Made by a program: the position numbers and the translations under genes. A stretch of DNA of 59,336 nucleotides. Source: a virus. Its lineage: Duplodnaviria; Caudoviricetes. Shown piece by piece: positions 9,751-18,863 of the stretch. The notes under the pieces are model-generated. The model was not told the DNA's origin and searched no databases. It saw only the letters and a list, made by a program, of their open reading frames with translations. The DNA lies in IMG/VR virus record IMGVR_UViG_3300042507_008591, positions 1 through 59,336 of that record; one strand, given 5' to 3'. Numbering within the stretch: position 1 is the first letter of the stretch; each line of letters starts with the position of its first letter.

Positions 9751-9963
9751 TTCATTTTGTCTAAGAATCACAAGTCTTCCGAGTTCCATGCTTAAATCCA
9801 TAAACGCGCGAAAGTCTTTATTTCTAAGCTCAGTCAAGGAACTATGATTATCAAAGTAACGAACAAGTCTTTCCGCCGAGTTAAGTTGTTGTTGGGTCTC
9901 ACAAGACAAGATAACTTTCTTTACCCATTTGTGGATGTCTCCGTAGTGAACAATCTTTTCCAT
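9736..9963 (-). CDS. Hypothetical protein
   Basis: ATG at 9963 downstream of a TTTGAC...TACCTTTG host-type promoter. Confidence 0.65.
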   Translation of the reverse strand: MEKIVHYGDIHKWVKKVILSCETQQQLNSAERLVRYFDNHSSLTELRNKDFRAFMDLSMELGRLVILRQNELINS

Positions 9964-10018
9964 AACTTTTTTTTCAAAGGTAAGACAAAAACATAATCCT
10001 GTCAAAATATTTATCAAC

Positions 10019-10225
10019 ATGATAAAATTGAATGTTCAAGTTGGAGACACCATCCTGATGGGTAGGTTCAAAAACAAAAAGGTAGTTGTGAAAACTATAA
10101 CGTACGATGATTGGGGAATGCCTTTAGTAAATGGTAAACCAATCTGTACTTTCAGGGTTTTACCAAAAAAAGAGGATGTTGGTTGTGGATGTGATAATTG
10201 TACCTGTGGGTATAAAGAAAGTTAA
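10019..10225 (+). CDS. Small protein, KOW/SH3-like N-terminus, Cys-rich tail
   Basis: VQVGDTILMGRFKNK...CGCDNCTC; TATTTAT upstream. Confidence 0.65.
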   Translation: MIKLNVQVGDTILMGRFKNKKVVVKTITYDDWGMPLVNGKPICTFRVLPKKEDVGCGCDNCTCGYKES

Positions 10226-10449
10226 GGAATGTCCTTAAAAGGAGCACCTCCCCAAAATATTCTTATGAAACCCAAAGAAAGATTGTGATGTTGTCCATCA
10301 TACCAAAAGTGGTCGTAGTTTGGTTTCCAAAAACCGAATTCGAAAATTAAATAATCTAATTTGGTAAGGCGAGATAACCACTGATTATGTCCACCCTTTT
10401 TATCGGTTTCACCATTAAATACAGAAAGGTTTCTTTTAAAATATTTCAT
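10222..10449 (-). CDS. Hypothetical aromatic-rich protein
   Basis: 75-aa ORF. Confidence 0.55.
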   Translation of the reverse strand: MKYFKRNLSVFNGETDKKGGHNQWLSRLTKLDYLIFEFGFWKPNYDHFWYDGQHHNLSLGFIRIFWGGAPFKDIP

Positions 10450-10471
10450 TTTCTTAAATGTACAACAAAAC

Positions 10472-10738
10472 TTAAGATTCTGAAATATATTTTCTAACTA
10501 ACAACTGTAAAAGTTCCTCCGCAGCTTCAATTGCGACATCTTCACCATATTCTTTAGCAATCTCATCAAATTTAGGAAGGAACTTCTGACTGAGAATATC
10601 AATTTTTCTATCCCTACTCGATTTCTTTTTATCTTGAACCATGTTGAATCCGAAAGACTGAGGTAATCCTTTTTCTTCGGAAATTATTTTCTCGAATATT
10701 TTTTCCAAATCCTTTTCGGTGAGTTTGACAACTTTCAT
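10472..10738 (-). CDS. Hypothetical protein, MKVVKLTEKDLEKI N-terminus
   Basis: Start moved; TATTTATA just upstream. Confidence 0.7.
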   Translation of the reverse strand: MKVVKLTEKDLEKIFEKIISEEKGLPQSFGFNMVQDKKKSSRDRKIDILSQKFLPKFDEIAKEYGEDVAIEAAEELLQLLVRKYISES

Positions 10739-10778
10739 AATTATAAATATATTAACATAAACAATTAGTCGTGTAAAA

Positions 10779-11336
10779 ATGGGTGTCAACGATAGTTTAG
10801 AGGTGTTTTTGGATATACTGATGAGAAAGTATCCTGAACTTAAGTCTTCAAGAAGTTACTTTTGGGAAACCTTCGATTCTTCGGGACTCGTTTCAATTGA
10901 AATCCATTCTCTGAGGTATGGTGTCGCATTGTCTTTACCAAATGGTATAATCTTTTCACCCAAGGTGATGAACACATCACTACCGAGTTTATTGTTCGCA
11001 CTTTTCCATGAGGTTGCCCATCAATACCAATTCAAAAAATATGGTACGAAAAAAATGATGGCAATACATACAAAAGAATTTTCAGTCTCAGAAGGTTTGT
11101 CATTTCTAAGACAGATGGAAGTTACCGCTGACCGATATGCGGAACAAAAGTTACACCAAATGAAAAAATTGGGTCTTATGTCCCCAAACGAAATCATCCC
11201 CAAAGGATTTTATAAATCACTCGGGGATGAACACTATTTCAAGATTTATGAAATGACAAAAAATTTATTATCCGAAGAAAACACTAAGGACCCTGAAAGA
11301 ATTTCACAAATTCTCTACGATAAGTTGAAAACTTAA
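10779..11336 (+). CDS. HExxH zinc metallopeptidase-like protein
   Basis: LFHEVAHQYQ plus downstream E..ADRYA. Confidence 0.7.
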   Translation: MGVNDSLEVFLDILMRKYPELKSSRSYFWETFDSSGLVSIEIHSLRYGVALSLPNGIIFSPKVMNTSLPSLLFALFHEVAHQYQFKKYGTKKMMAIHTKEFSVSEGLSFLRQMEVTADRYAEQKLHQMKKLGLMSPNEIIPKGFYKSLGDEHYFKIYEMTKNLLSEENTKDPERISQILYDKLKT

Positions 11337-11936
11337 TTAATGTTTACAGACAATCTTGTGTTCCTCCCAACCTTTTTCAGGTTTTTTGTTTGGGAAGTGA
11401 TAACATTTCCATTCCTTTGAGTTCTTGAAAAAAATGTGCTTTGTAAACCCGTCAGGTACAGTTGCGTTAGTTGGAAGTACTATTGAAGTCTTATCATAGT
11501 TTAAGGTAATTTTTATAAAAAGGTTTTCCTTGTCATCCCATTTTCTTTCTTGTTCCTCTAAAAGTCTCCATTCACCACGATTCAAATATTGGTCTTGAAG
11601 AGCACAGTTTAAATACGAGAAGGTTGTTTTTAGATTTTCCATATTATCACTAAAGGTTGCCGCAGGTGCCAAATGTCCTTTATCGTAAACATTTTTAGCG
11701 TAATCTTGGTGGTCCGAGGTCTTAATGTTTTTTTCAGCGTAAAAATCCATGGAACCTCTGTTGACATTTGTCGGACGATTTGTTGATTCATAAGATAACC
11801 AAAGTGGTTGTTCTAATTTTTGGGAATAATAGACCTCATAAATTGGTTTTTTTATCAATACGTCTGTCATTGTAATGTTCGATACGAACAAAACAAAAAC
11901 ACCAAACATCAATGAAATATTAGTTATAGTTTTCAT
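11337..11936 (-). CDS. Secreted DNA/RNA non-specific endonuclease
   Basis: Signal-like N-terminus; YDKGHLAPAA, N..LQ...LNRGEWRLLE, VPDGFTK. Confidence 0.9.
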   Translation of the reverse strand: MKTITNISLMFGVFVLFVSNITMTDVLIKKPIYEVYYSQKLEQPLWLSYESTNRPTNVNRGSMDFYAEKNIKTSDHQDYAKNVYDKGHLAPAATFSDNMENLKTTFSYLNCALQDQYLNRGEWRLLEEQERKWDDKENLFIKITLNYDKTSIVLPTNATVPDGFTKHIFFKNSKEWKCYHFPNKKPEKGWEEHKIVCKH

Positions 11937-11938
11937 AG

Positions 11939-13129
11939 TTAGAAATTTACTTTACCTGAATATCCAGGTGTAATTATGTAGAAGTTTTGTGAACCCCCAC
12001 GGGTTAGATTTCCCGTCATTATAGACAAAGAACCTGGGTATAATGAACGAACGTTTGTCGTTGAATTTGTTATTGAGATAAATTCACTTGGAGTGAAAAT
12101 AGAAGACCTCGGCACAATAGGTGTGGTTATTAAACCCGATTTCAAACCAAACAAAAAATATTGGTCAGAAACATTTATTTTTCCATCATTATTCAAGTCA
12201 AAACGATAATAATTCAAACCATTAGTCCCAACCAAACCGAAAACAATGTCACTTATTCTTTTACCATCATTATTTGTAAATTGTTGGGTGGGAATTGGCG
12301 CCGTAAACTGTACCCTAAACTCAAAATTATTCACATCTAATCCTGTTGTTAAGAACTGATATCTCCCTTGTGAGTTAGTCATAACTGAACGATTCAAAAC
12401 AAATTCATTTGATACTACTGAGGGACTGAAACGATACTTTTGTGGCGTTAAAATAGACCAAGCACTGGCGTTTTTACCGCCAACAGGAACGACCTTCCCC
12501 CCATCGATGTTAGTTAATCCGAGTGTTGCTCCGTTACCCCCACATAAAGGTTTTGATTGAAAGTTTACATCAATAACATTTGTGGTTTCGAATAAAACAA
12601 TTTGAAAAGTGTGGAGATTAGACCTACAACCATAGTGTGGCACGTTGTTAAAGTTGAATACTAATACTCTGTTCGGAGCGGTTCCTGTGGTGTAGTAGTT
12701 CATATTACCTGTGTTGGGTAATAAATCCTCCCAATCCGCCAGAATTGCGTTTTTAGGTGCACCTCCGTTGGGTAGAAATTGAGCGGTATATCCATTGGTT
12801 TGTCCCGCAGAAAAACCTATCCAACCATTTGAACTAACGTAAAATTGAGTGTAGTTGTTTCCAAAATAATTGAATGTAAAACCTATGTTGTATGGACCTT
12901 GAACACAATCGTCACATCCCGCTAAAGACGCTCCTCCAGTAAAACTATAATTGGAGTAAGTTGGTTCATTTATTTGATAATTTGATATGGACCGTGTATA
13001 GAGTTCTACAGGAACATTGGCAACACCTGTTTGGTCAGCATCATAAACATAACCCGAGAACGTAAATTCTTGACCATGTAGAACGCCAAATAAAAAGAAT
13101 GATATGACTATCAAAAATCCTTTCATCAC
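11939..13129 (-). CDS. Secreted protein with nidogen-like beta domain and C-terminal dockerin-like motif
   Basis: Signal peptide; IGFTFNYFG..YTQFYVSSNGWIGF; DLNNDGKINVSD Ca-binding loop. Confidence 0.75.
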   Translation of the reverse strand: MMKGFLIVISFFLFGVLHGQEFTFSGYVYDADQTGVANVPVELYTRSISNYQINEPTYSNYSFTGGASLAGCDDCVQGPYNIGFTFNYFGNNYTQFYVSSNGWIGFSAGQTNGYTAQFLPNGGAPKNAILADWEDLLPNTGNMNYYTTGTAPNRVLVFNFNNVPHYGCRSNLHTFQIVLFETTNVIDVNFQSKPLCGGNGATLGLTNIDGGKVVPVGGKNASAWSILTPQKYRFSPSVVSNEFVLNRSVMTNSQGRYQFLTTGLDVNNFEFRVQFTAPIPTQQFTNNDGKRISDIVFGLVGTNGLNYYRFDLNNDGKINVSDQYFLFGLKSGLITTPIVPRSSIFTPSEFISITNSTTNVRSLYPGSLSIMTGNLTRGGSQNFYIITPGYSGKVNF

Positions 13130-13578
13130 ATCTTAGAAACAGAAACCTCTAACGCCTTTTTTACCGCACTTGCGAATGTTGATTTTTCGAATGGTAGGTT
13201 CTCATCTCTGAGTTCTGCAAAACTCGCTTTTACTGACAACTTAGCAGAACCTTCTCCTGAATATTCAATCCCGTCTTTCTGAATAATCACTTTAACAATT
13301 GTATTCTTTTTTTTAATCATAAAAGGACCAATGTTGATTCCAACTGTTGGTGCCTCTATAGAAGTTATAGAAACGTGAATCGGTAAACCTTGTTCACAGA
13401 TTGTAAATTTTTCCCCCATAAGTTCCTCAGTCAATTGTTTCAATCCAAAAACAAATTTCTTCGAAGACAAATCAGGATTTTCTGTTAAGTTTTCAACCTT
13501 GAAAACCGAGTAACAATTTTGTGCAAAACTCGGAACAGTTAATAAGCTAATAATTGAAATCAAAATAAAGTTTTTCAT
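13126..13578 (-). CDS. Secreted protein, possibly a minimal CsgG-like fold
   Basis: Signal peptide; C-terminus FEKSTFASAVKKAL resembles FNKSTVGVSTKKAL of 15399-16127. Confidence 0.55.
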   Translation of the reverse strand: MKNFILISIISLLTVPSFAQNCYSVFKVENLTENPDLSSKKFVFGLKQLTEELMGEKFTICEQGLPIHVSITSIEAPTVGINIGPFMIKKKNTIVKVIIQKDGIEYSGEGSAKLSVKASFAELRDENLPFEKSTFASAVKKALEVSVSKM

Positions 13579-15059
13579 AATAATATTTTCCCTCCTGTTA
13601 ATACTTGGAACTGTAAAACGCTTCCCTTAAATTCATAAGTACCAGATAAACTTATGTTGTACTTAAAGTTCTTAGATATAGTATAATCCCATGAAGAAAA
13701 AGGAACTATCAAAAGCCCTGAATCCCACCATTTACCCTCGTAAAACTTTGTGAATGGTGAATATACCCCTAAAACCAAAATGTTACCTGATATTTTCTGA
13801 CTCAATTTAAATGGATGGAAACCGCCACCAACAGCTGAAAGGTTGGTAAATACTTCACCCCCCAAACCACCAACCGTAAAATTCAAACCACCCATAAATG
13901 CCGTCTTACCAATTTTTTTTGAGTCCATCATCGTTGTAGTGTTGAAAAAGTTTCTTTCAAAGTCAATCATCGATGAATTAGCAATAATAAAGGTGTTAGT
14001 CCTTTTCGTATTGTTGAATGCCCCATAAAGAGTAAGATTTGTGTTGTTTACAGTTGAAGTAAAGTTCAATAGGAGCCCTTTTGCTCGGGTATTGTTTGTA
14101 TTGGATTTTGTTACTGACATTGTACCTCTGAGTTGACTACTCTTGTCTTCATTTACTCTGATTGCAACAATATCACCAGTTCCTATAACACTTCCTACGT
14201 TTGCCCTTCCTCCTGATTTACCACCCGATGATGAAACAGCATTCGAAACTGAGTTTGTCGTTCCTCCTGTGCCTCCACCTGAACTTTCATTTTGTTTTGT
14301 CGAACCATCAGGAACATTTTGTCCTTGAGATTGTCCTTGAGAAGTGTTCGAACCCGATTGGGTGTTACCACCACTATTCTGACCCGTATTTGAGCCAGAA
14401 TGTGTATTTCCTTGACTTGAGGGGTTTACAGACCGCTGAGACGTTCCACTTCCCCCTTGAGGAACATTATTTGATTGGTTAGTTGTTCCTCCTTCTTGAT
14501 TATTTCCTGTTCCATTTGTAGATGAAGAAGATTGGTTTGTTCCTTGGTTAGTTCCTCCGTTCTGAGACGTCGCATTATTTGATGAATTTCCTTGAGAATT
14601 ATTAGTTGTTCCATTTGAATTCGTATTTTGTTGATTATTCGAAGAGTTGTTACCTCTACGAGAGTTTCCGTTTCCTGAATTGGAATTACCTACGGAATTT
14701 GCAACAGCATTTGATGCTGTCATGGTTGAACTGGCTGTAATACTTGTTAAAGTAGATATTAAATTTTGAGTTATAAACATATTCTGTGATGATTGGGTGT
14801 TGGTAAGTAACTCATCACATGGTTGGTTAGCGGCTTGGGATTGTATTTGATTAATCCAATTGTCAAAGTTACCATTCAGGAAATCAGATTGGCTAAAACT
14901 ACTGATGTTTCCTAAGTAATTGACGGTTATCAATTGATTGGAATTAACATTCAGAACTTTTGTCTCCTTGGAACAAGGGTCCACATAAGAATATGTGAAC
15001 CCCTGTCCAAAAAGATTTGAAGTAAAAATAAGGGATAATATTACTAAAAGTTTTTTCAT
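13575..15059 (-). CDS. Secreted protein with long N/Q/S/G-rich linker and probable C-terminal outer-membrane beta-barrel
   Basis: Signal peptide; ~150-aa low-complexity tract; alternating beta-strands at the C-terminus. Confidence 0.65.
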   Translation of the reverse strand: MKKLLVILSLIFTSNLFGQGFTYSYVDPCSKETKVLNVNSNQLITVNYLGNISSFSQSDFLNGNFDNWINQIQSQAANQPCDELLTNTQSSQNMFITQNLISTLTSITASSTMTASNAVANSVGNSNSGNGNSRRGNNSSNNQQNTNSNGTTNNSQGNSSNNATSQNGGTNQGTNQSSSSTNGTGNNQEGGTTNQSNNVPQGGSGTSQRSVNPSSQGNTHSGSNTGQNSGGNTQSGSNTSQGQSQGQNVPDGSTKQNESSGGGTGGTTNSVSNAVSSSGGKSGGRANVGSVIGTGDIVAIRVNEDKSSQLRGTMSVTKSNTNNTRAKGLLLNFTSTVNNTNLTLYGAFNNTKRTNTFIIANSSMIDFERNFFNTTTMMDSKKIGKTAFMGGLNFTVGGLGGEVFTNLSAVGGGFHPFKLSQKISGNILVLGVYSPFTKFYEGKWWDSGLLIVPFSSWDYTISKNFKYNISLSGTYEFKGSVLQFQVLTGGKILL

Positions 15060-15397
15060 TCTCCTGTGTTAGAAAGCGTTTCACCATCTTCCTCGTCAAC
15101 CTTCTGAACTAACATTTTATCACGGTCCTCTGAGTTAAACCAATAGTCAACAACTTTATTTAAGTTACCAACAAAAGCACCTAATAGGATTAACAACATT
15201 TCGTTCCAATCTTGATGAATGTCAACTCCTGTAAACGTTGCTAGATTAATACCAAAAATGATGAAGAAAAATAGAAATAATACAATGACGGTGATTCTCC
15301 ATCTATTTGATTGCATTTGTTGAAGCATGAAATAAAAACGATTTTTATCGTCCACCTTAACGTATTCATTACTTGAAAAGAAATTTTTTAATGACAT
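15056..15397 (-). CDS. Two-TM membrane protein
   Basis: Two hydrophobic helices; LLGAFVG....VVDYWF. Confidence 0.7.
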   Translation of the reverse strand: MSLKNFFSSNEYVKVDDKNRFYFMLQQMQSNRWRITVIVLFLFFFIIFGINLATFTGVDIHQDWNEMLLILLGAFVGNLNKVVDYWFNSEDRDKMLVQKVDEEDGETLSNTGE

Positions 15398-15398
15398 A

Positions 15399-16127
15399 TT
15401 AATTTACAAGTTTACCTTTTTTGATGAGTTTTTCTACAACTCTTACTGAAGCAGTTTCCAAAGCTTTTTTTGTAGAAACTCCGACAGTTGATTTATTAAA
15501 TACAGGTCCTTCTAAATCTCCTAAGGTTGTTGAGGTTTTAGTAGTAGTTGCCCTACCTTGTCCTGAACCTGTTATCACTTCACCCGATTCGGCATCCACA
15601 AATCTTATCTGTAGACCTAACTGAGTGACTTGTTTGATGGTTACCCCTGAAATTTCAACAACTTCATCCTCACCAACCGAGAAATCATAAACTTCTATGT
15701 AAACAAAGTATTCTGCCAATTTGATTTTACCTTTACCATCGACTTGGTTTTCAGTAAAGCCTTTTGCGGAAGCCTTGAATTGTTGAACCATTCTTTCTTT
15801 GATTTCTAACTTATCTTCAGTGAAGATGAATCTTTGAGTCTCCTCCAAATATTCCAAAACAATGTTAGTAACACCCATCCCGACCCTCGCATCTTTTAGT
15901 TCAGGATACATTTCGTACACATCTTCACTGATTCCGATTTTCAAGATTTGAATTGGTATTTGAACGGTCCCATTGTAGGGTGGAAGAGCATCCAAAGACT
16001 TTTTCTTTTCAAAGTCAGCGGTAAATTCTTCAGTCTTGACCGAACCAATTGGTTGTCCAAAAGACTGAAGTCCAACAACTAAAAAGAATGGAAGTAATAA
16101 TTTACCAAGGTGCGTCTTCACTCTCAC
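15399..16127 (-). CDS. CsgG/HfaB-like protein (curli secretion channel family)
   Basis: Signal; LEET.RF, A.YFV..EVYDF, LQIRFVDAESGEVI.GSG.G. Confidence 0.75.
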   Translation of the reverse strand: MRVKTHLGKLLLPFFLVVGLQSFGQPIGSVKTEEFTADFEKKKSLDALPPYNGTVQIPIQILKIGISEDVYEMYPELKDARVGMGVTNIVLEYLEETQRFIFTEDKLEIKERMVQQFKASAKGFTENQVDGKGKIKLAEYFVYIEVYDFSVGEDEVVEISGVTIKQVTQLGLQIRFVDAESGEVITGSGQGRATTTKTSTTLGDLEGPVFNKSTVGVSTKKALETASVRVVEKLIKKGKLVN

Positions 16128-16410
16128 TTTTCTTCTCCTCTTTAACAGGTTGAGCAGGAACCTCTTTGATGGTTTCCTTTACAATTGTGTTAGTCCCTCC
16201 TTTTTGTTGCTGAGTGTTCTCTTGATTTTGTTGAACATTTACAACTACAGGTGCAGGTGCCGCTTGTTGAGTAGGAGCTTCTTCAGCTCCGCCACCAAAT
16301 AACATGGTAGAAAGCCAAACACCACCGCCTGTAACAACTGTAGCAATAGTTCCGATTATTGTCTTTTTTAAACCTGACAAGGTTCCGTCATTTTCTTGTT
16401 CTTCTGACAT
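16102..16410 (-). CDS. Single-TM protein with Q/P-rich linker
   Basis: TM segment then APAPVVVNVQQNQENTQQQ. Confidence 0.7.
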   Translation of the reverse strand: MSEEQENDGTLSGLKKTIIGTIATVVTGGGVWLSTMLFGGGAEEAPTQQAAPAPVVVNVQQNQENTQQQKGGTNTIVKETIKEVPAQPVKEEKKSESEDAPW

Positions 16411-16452
16411 GATTTTGAAATTTAATTGGGTTTATTGTTTTTATTGGGCTAA

Positions 16453-16479
16453 CTTGAGGTCTCAATTTGAGACCTCAAG
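16453..16479. repeat. Perfect 27-bp inverted repeat inside the operon
   Basis: CTTGAGGTCTCAA-T-TTGAGACCTCAAG. Confidence 0.9.
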
Positions 16480-16482
16480 ATT

Positions 16483-18375
16483 TTATTTTACTTTTCCTAC
16501 TTTTTCTACCAAAACTTCTTCATTTGTGTTCAACATCACCAAATAATTTCCTGACGCTAAAGTCCCCAAGTCGTAAGTTTGAGAATATACTCCGATTGGA
16601 TAAGTTCCATTTAGAATTTCGAAGTATTTTTTTCCGTTGATATCATAAACTCCAAGAAGTACGTGAGTCTTTTTCAAGATTTTAAATGTAGAGGTCTGTG
16701 GTCCGGTAGTTGGATTAGGAAACACAACAAAGGTCTTATCACCCATATAATCTAACCCATCGGTTTTTAGAATTTGAAGAATACCGTCCGTTGGTGTAAT
16801 TTTTAAATCTTTTGCCAAAGTGTTTCCCGCGAACTTTCTTGTAATGTATAGGGGACTTTTATTCCAATCCGTTTGGACTTCCTTCGCACTAAACTTCAAA
16901 GTAAAAAGTATTTCACCATTTTGAACTAAGTTCTGATTGTTAGAAGGGTCAAAACCTCCCCACTCAATTTCATTGTTTTGAGGGTTTACCCAAGACATCC
17001 AATACGATGATTTTAGTTCATTTTCTAATGAAATAAACTCCAATAAATCAGAGTCATATTTCATAGAAATTTGTAGCGAACCAATTGGATTGGTTGACTT
17101 TAAACTTACGGGAACTTCCACAATGTCACCTTCCATAACCCCTAAAGTTGGAAAATTAATTTCGATTGAAGGGACGTTATTGTCGTACTCGGTGGTAACG
17201 TCAATAATGTGTTGGTTTGCATTGTTTGGATTAATGATTTCGATTGGTGTCAAACGAGCTCTTTTGAATCCTGTTCCGTTAGCATCACCAGGTACCAAGA
17301 CATAATAAATTACCGAGTCAGGTTGACCCGAAACTAAGTCGAAGGTGAAGTTTGTAACACCAGGAATCGATGTTTGTTGTGAAGTACTTGAGCCGTTAAC
17401 CGTAGTATATTCGGATTCAGTAAAGAATTTAACTTCAGGAACGTTATTAGCCCAAGAGGTAAATCTACCTGAAACTCTAGCGTAAACTCCATAAACGTCA
17501 GATATATTAATCTTGTTATCTCCATTTACATCAGATGAATAAAAATCGAATCCTGAAAGAGTTTGCTGTCCCAAAACAAATTGATTGATTTGTTGAGCAT
17601 CACTTACTGATACTACATTACCAACACTTAAAGTATCACCTTTAACATTGATTCTGACATCCCAAGCAGTGGTATCAACTTCAATGTCAGCGAAACTAAA
17701 TCTACCATCGAGTCCTGCTTGTTGAGTTTGAACTGAACTCCATGAAGATGAAGATTTGAGTTTTTTCTCTAACACTACATTGATATTTTTAGCGGGTGTT
17801 CCCGTGACGTTAACAAATTTTCCACCAAACGTAAATTTGTTGGGGAGAAACGCCCCACCAAAATTTGTTAAACTCAAAGTGTAATCTGTACCATTTTGTT
17901 TTGTCGCCGTTTCGGGAAAAAGATTAGTACCAACAAATGTCATACTACTGACATTGAAGTAGGTAGTTGCTAAAGCAGGTTTGTGGTTGTATGTGATTTT
18001 GAATAACTGTCCATTAGGAATGGTAAATGATGAATTATTTCCTGTGTACGTAAGTGTTAGGGTAACATATCCACCTGAAGGGTTATCTTGATATTGTAGG
18101 TATTGTGTAAATGTCGTATTCAAAGATTCTACGGTGTCGACACCTGAAAAGGCTTGAACATCATAAAATACTCTGAACTGTACTGCGGTAATATTTTCCG
18201 CCGAACTGTTATTGAAACAAAGACTGACATCAGTTTTTCCCCTCGAGTAAGTACCTGTTTGGTAACTAGCGTCTAGAGTCAAATGAGCCCCTGTTGTTGT
18301 GGGTATCGGGCATGTTTGTGAATACCCTGTCCCACTTATTAGTCCCGCTAAAAGCAGGAAAAAAAGTTTTCTCAT
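16483..18375 (-). CDS. T9SS type-A cargo with two cohesin-like domains and a dockerin-like domain
   Basis: Signal; AVQFRVFYD...GQLFKITY; DVNGDNKINISD; GDIVEVPV..GSLQISMKYDSDLLEF..LFTLKF; VFPNPT...LASGNYLV...EKV. Confidence 0.8.
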   Translation of the reverse strand: MRKLFFLLLAGLISGTGYSQTCPIPTTTGAHLTLDASYQTGTYSRGKTDVSLCFNNSSAENITAVQFRVFYDVQAFSGVDTVESLNTTFTQYLQYQDNPSGGYVTLTLTYTGNNSSFTIPNGQLFKITYNHKPALATTYFNVSSMTFVGTNLFPETATKQNGTDYTLSLTNFGGAFLPNKFTFGGKFVNVTGTPAKNINVVLEKKLKSSSSWSSVQTQQAGLDGRFSFADIEVDTTAWDVRINVKGDTLSVGNVVSVSDAQQINQFVLGQQTLSGFDFYSSDVNGDNKINISDVYGVYARVSGRFTSWANNVPEVKFFTESEYTTVNGSSTSQQTSIPGVTNFTFDLVSGQPDSVIYYVLVPGDANGTGFKRARLTPIEIINPNNANQHIIDVTTEYDNNVPSIEINFPTLGVMEGDIVEVPVSLKSTNPIGSLQISMKYDSDLLEFISLENELKSSYWMSWVNPQNNEIEWGGFDPSNNQNLVQNGEILFTLKFSAKEVQTDWNKSPLYITRKFAGNTLAKDLKITPTDGILQILKTDGLDYMGDKTFVVFPNPTTGPQTSTFKILKKTHVLLGVYDINGKKYFEILNGTYPIGVYSQTYDLGTLASGNYLVMLNTNEEVLVEKVGKVK

Positions 18376-18404
18376 AGTTATGTAGATTAGTACTTATAAA
18401 TACT

Positions 18405-18863
18405 ATGAGAACCCTTCTATTCTTTTTATTCACTTTAATAAATTTTCAACTCTTGAGTCAAATCAAAATTGACCAAGTTGGTGATAATTGGCAACCCAAA
18501 GTCGAACAAGCAATTCGACTAATAAAAAAAACTGATAAACAAAAATACGATTATTTAATCAAGCACTGTAAACACATCACATTTTTCGATGGAAGATTTT
18601 CTACAATTGAAGGAACCCATACAATTGTATTAGGAAATTTTGATATGAAGAGTAACTCGATTGAAAATATCGCTTCAGCTTTGGTTCATGAAACCATGCA
18701 CCTGATTATGGTTCAAAACAAAATTGTTTTAAATGAAAAAGAAGAAGAATGTATTTGTTACAGTTACGAATTGAGTTTTTTACTCAACTTACCTGACTGC
18801 CCCGAATTTTTGATTAAAAATTGTAGGAGAATGTTGAAATCTTATGAATGTAACCCCTTGTGA
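18405..18863 (+). CDS. Secreted HExxH metallopeptidase-like protein
   Basis: Signal peptide; LVHETMH, EEE.ICY. Confidence 0.65.
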   Translation: MRTLLFFLFTLINFQLLSQIKIDQVGDNWQPKVEQAIRLIKKTDKQKYDYLIKHCKHITFFDGRFSTIEGTHTIVLGNFDMKSNSIENIASALVHETMHLIMVQNKIVLNEKEEECICYSYELSFLLNLPDCPEFLIKNCRRMLKSYECNPL

